A stretch of 64,000 bases of DNA from Anaerolineales bacterium (GTDB lineage Bacteria > Chloroflexota > Anaerolineae > Anaerolineales > Villigracilaceae). Below the pieces are notes generated by a model. The model made no database searches, was not told the DNA's origin, and saw nothing but the letters and a program-made list of their open reading frames with translations. Location: the NCBI GenBank assembly GCA_043788255.1, contig JAYVUA010000080.1, positions 7,488 to 71,487 on the forward strand, written 5' to 3'. The number at the start of each line of letters is the position of its first letter. Positions within the stretch are counted from its first letter, which is position 1. Shown one piece after another: positions 61,661-64,000 of the stretch. Position numbers and translations under genes: made by a program.

Positions 61661-62878
61661 CTATCCTTTGACTCCGCTGCTTGCCACACTCTCCACAAAG
61701 AAGCGCTGACCGAAAATGAAAACGATCAACGGGGGAATCACAGCAATCGCCGCGCCCGCCAGAATTAAATTAGGCGTATCGGACGCACGTCCCCGCAGCA
61801 CGTTGAGCGCAAGGGTCAGCACGTGATTTTTCTCGTTGCCCACGTTGATGATCACCAGCGGCCAGAAGAAAGAATTCCATGCGTACAGGAATGTAAATGT
61901 GGATTGGGTTGCCAAAGCAGGCACGCTGGCTGGGATCAAAATTTGGGTAAGGATTTGAAAACGTGATGCGCCATCCAATAATGCCGCCTCTTCAATTTCC
62001 TTGGGGAAGGTGATGAAGTGCTGGCGCATCAGGAAGGTTCCATACGCAGTGAATATCCACGGAATGATGAGCGCGGCGAGACGGTCTGTCCAGCCGATGA
62101 GCACCATGAGTTGATACAAGGGAACAATCAGCATGACAAAGGGGATCATGATCGTGCCGAGGTAAAACACAAAAAGCGTATCACGCCCGGGAAATTTCAA
62201 ACGCGCAAAAGCATAGCCACCTATTACCGATGTAACAAGTTGCCCCAGCACCACCAAAATAGTTACCAACGCTGTGTTCGTGAGTGCGCGGTTCATATTG
62301 TTTAATTCAAGAACTTTTGTATAGTTCTCGGTATGTATACTTATACTTTCCACCGGCTCACTTAAGCGCACGTTTTGATAGGCTTTTTTCGCCGGGTCTT
62401 TGGGATCGATAAATTCTCCAACAGTGGTCTGGCTGATCTGGATCATTGGGACGATCTTACCGTCGACTTTCACATCGAAGAGATTTTCATCCTTTCCGTT
62501 CACGCTTACTGTCAGCTGATTCGCCCCGCCTGTTGGCGTCACCTCATCGACGAATCGTTCAACCGTCGCCGTTACATTATCTGCCGGGGCGTAAGTTCCG
62601 AATTTTATGTTGCTCTTTGCAAGAGCGTATTCCTGTTTTTTTCCATCCACTTCAACATAGTATAACGGAAGCGGCTTTTCGAAACCTGCCACGATAACAA
62701 AAGCCGGGTCACGCGGCAACAAGCGCGGCGGGTAACGGAAGGTATCTGCTGGAAGTTTAAAAGAGGTGGTGAGCATGTATACGAAAGGAAAGATCATCAC
62801 CAGGGCAAAAAAAGTGAGCACCAAATAAACGATCAACTTATTGAAAAATTGCAGAAAGCGATAGGATTGGATTTTCAC
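61661..62878 (-). CDS. Carbohydrate ABC transporter permease (MalG-type) with large inserted loop
   Basis: EEAALLDGAS EAA motif; FLYAWNSFFWPL. Confidence 0.92.
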   Translation of the reverse strand: MKIQSYRFLQFFNKLIVYLVLTFFALVMIFPFVYMLTTSFKLPADTFRYPPRLLPRDPAFVIVAGFEKPLPLYYVEVDGKKQEYALAKSNIKFGTYAPADNVTATVERFVDEVTPTGGANQLTVSVNGKDENLFDVKVDGKIVPMIQISQTTVGEFIDPKDPAKKAYQNVRLSEPVESISIHTENYTKVLELNNMNRALTNTALVTILVVLGQLVTSVIGGYAFARLKFPGRDTLFVFYLGTIMIPFVMLIVPLYQLMVLIGWTDRLAALIIPWIFTAYGTFLMRQHFITFPKEIEEAALLDGASRFQILTQILIPASVPALATQSTFTFLYAWNSFFWPLVIINVGNEKNHVLTLALNVLRGRASDTPNLILAGAAIAVIPPLIVFIFGQRFFVESVASSGVKG

Positions 62879-62890
62879 GTTGTCTCCTGT

Positions 62891-64000
62891 TTAGCTCTCG
62901 TAAATACTGGATTTGCGCTGGCGTTGGAACTGAACAAGCGTAAGACCAAAAATAACAATGAACAATACCCACGCAATGGCCGATGCATAACCCTGTTTGA
63001 AATTTTGGAAGCCGCTTCGATATAGATAAAGCACCAATGTAATGGTGGAGTTGTTCGGCCCTTCCGGCGGGTTCATCAGAATGAAGACCTGTTCAAAGAC
63101 CTGCATGGCTTGAATGGTGGTTGTAGACACAACAAAAAAGGTTGTGGGCGCGAGCATGGGAAGTGTAATAGACCAGAACTTATCCCATGGGCCTGCGCCA
63201 TCCACGGTGGCCGCTTCGTAGAGTTCACCGGGAATGTTTTGTAGACCAGCGAGGAAAAGCACGGTATTAAATCCCATGGTTTGCCAGGCGGCAATGAGAA
63301 CGACTGCAAGGAGCGCGGTTTTCTCATCAGACACCCATTGGATCTTGGGGTCAACCACTGCGAGGTGGAAGAGGTTATTCCAAAATTGTATACCCAACGT
63401 GATGAAATAATTTATATAACCAATTGTTGCGTTATACAACCATTGCCAGACGAGTGAGATGCCGACGACCGCGGCGATACTTGGCATGAAGTAAAGTGCC
63501 CGATAGAATTTCATGCCGGGCAGTTTGCTGTTCAGGATATTCGACAATACCAAAGCTGGGATCACGCTCAAAGGAACAGCAAACAGCACAAAGACCAACG
63601 TGTTGCGAAGCGCCAGCCAGAAGTATTTGTCTGCGGCGGCAAATAAAATCCCCTTGTTTCCAATAATAAAACGGCCTACCTCATCATAGATCTTAATATC
63701 CACGACTTCCTTAGCCAATTGGTCCGGGGATGAAAGTGTGGCAAATTGGATATTCAGAATTTTTGCGTAATTGGCAAAGCCAACCCAATTGGGTGTTTTA
63801 AATGCATCAGAATCGGTAAAAGAAAAATATAGTGAAAGGATAAGCGGACCTGCAAAGAAGATAAGGAAACCCAACAGGTTCGGCGAGAGAAAGAGCCAGC
63901 CGCTCAAAATTTGCTCATGATTGGTTTTGACATGTAAAGCCTGGGCGGTTTCAGATCTTCCAATTGCCCAGATCGACAAGCCGAAAATTACACTGCCTAT
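62891..64000 (-). CDS. Carbohydrate ABC transporter permease (MalF-type); 5' end beyond window
   Basis: YEAATVDGAG EAA motif; QGYASAIAW; frame open to the window edge. Confidence 0.9.
   Translation of the reverse strand: MGSVIFGLSIWAIGRSETAQALHVKTNHEQILSGWLFLSPNLLGFLIFFAGPLILSLYFSFTDSDAFKTPNWVGFANYAKILNIQFATLSSPDQLAKEVVDIKIYDEVGRFIIGNKGILFAAADKYFWLALRNTLVFVLFAVPLSVIPALVLSNILNSKLPGMKFYRALYFMPSIAAVVGISLVWQWLYNATIGYINYFITLGIQFWNNLFHLAVVDPKIQWVSDEKTALLAVVLIAAWQTMGFNTVLFLAGLQNIPGELYEAATVDGAGPWDKFWSITLPMLAPTTFFVVSTTTIQAMQVFEQVFILMNPPEGPNNSTITLVLYLYRSGFQNFKQGYASAIAWVLFIVIFGLTLVQFQRQRKSSIYES

Overview
64-kb bacterial window; protein style suggests Chloroflexota/Anaerolineae (inference only). It has five blocks. 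(1) 1-4365: the tail of a conjugative/ICE-like region, with a VirD4/TraD-type coupling protein C-terminus, small membrane genes and a Thr/Pro-rich surface protein. (2) 4385-30806: a ~26-kb copper/iron redox-homeostasis island. It carries an FTR1 permease, CuA-type cupredoxins, cytochrome c, two membrane polyferredoxins, two multicopper oxidases, CopA, five YHS domains, CcdA and a NarL/HisKA_3 two-component system. (3) 31085-42864: a complete coproporphyrin-dependent heme biosynthesis operon with three uncharacterised membrane genes. (4) 43455-58110: an accessory mosaic with toxin-antitoxin modules, a TPR protein, a comM 3' fragment, a SWIM-SNF2 helicase, a MalT-DUF4386 module and interleaved direct repeats. 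(5) 58142-64000: a sugar ABC / glycosyltransferase-like / GH31 operon. Several features are missed by the ORF track. These include a likely selenoprotein (DUF1573-like, GC-UGA-PP with a SECIS-like hairpin 11 nt downstream) in an Ftr-like operon, and a 16-bp 7-2-7 operator sitting 76-83 bp upstream of eight island genes. Others are a second, 11-bp-period direct-repeat regulon, a circularly permuted CcdA, an ATT-initiated Tat oxidase and two comM 3'-end copies. Family names come from motif recognition, not database searches.
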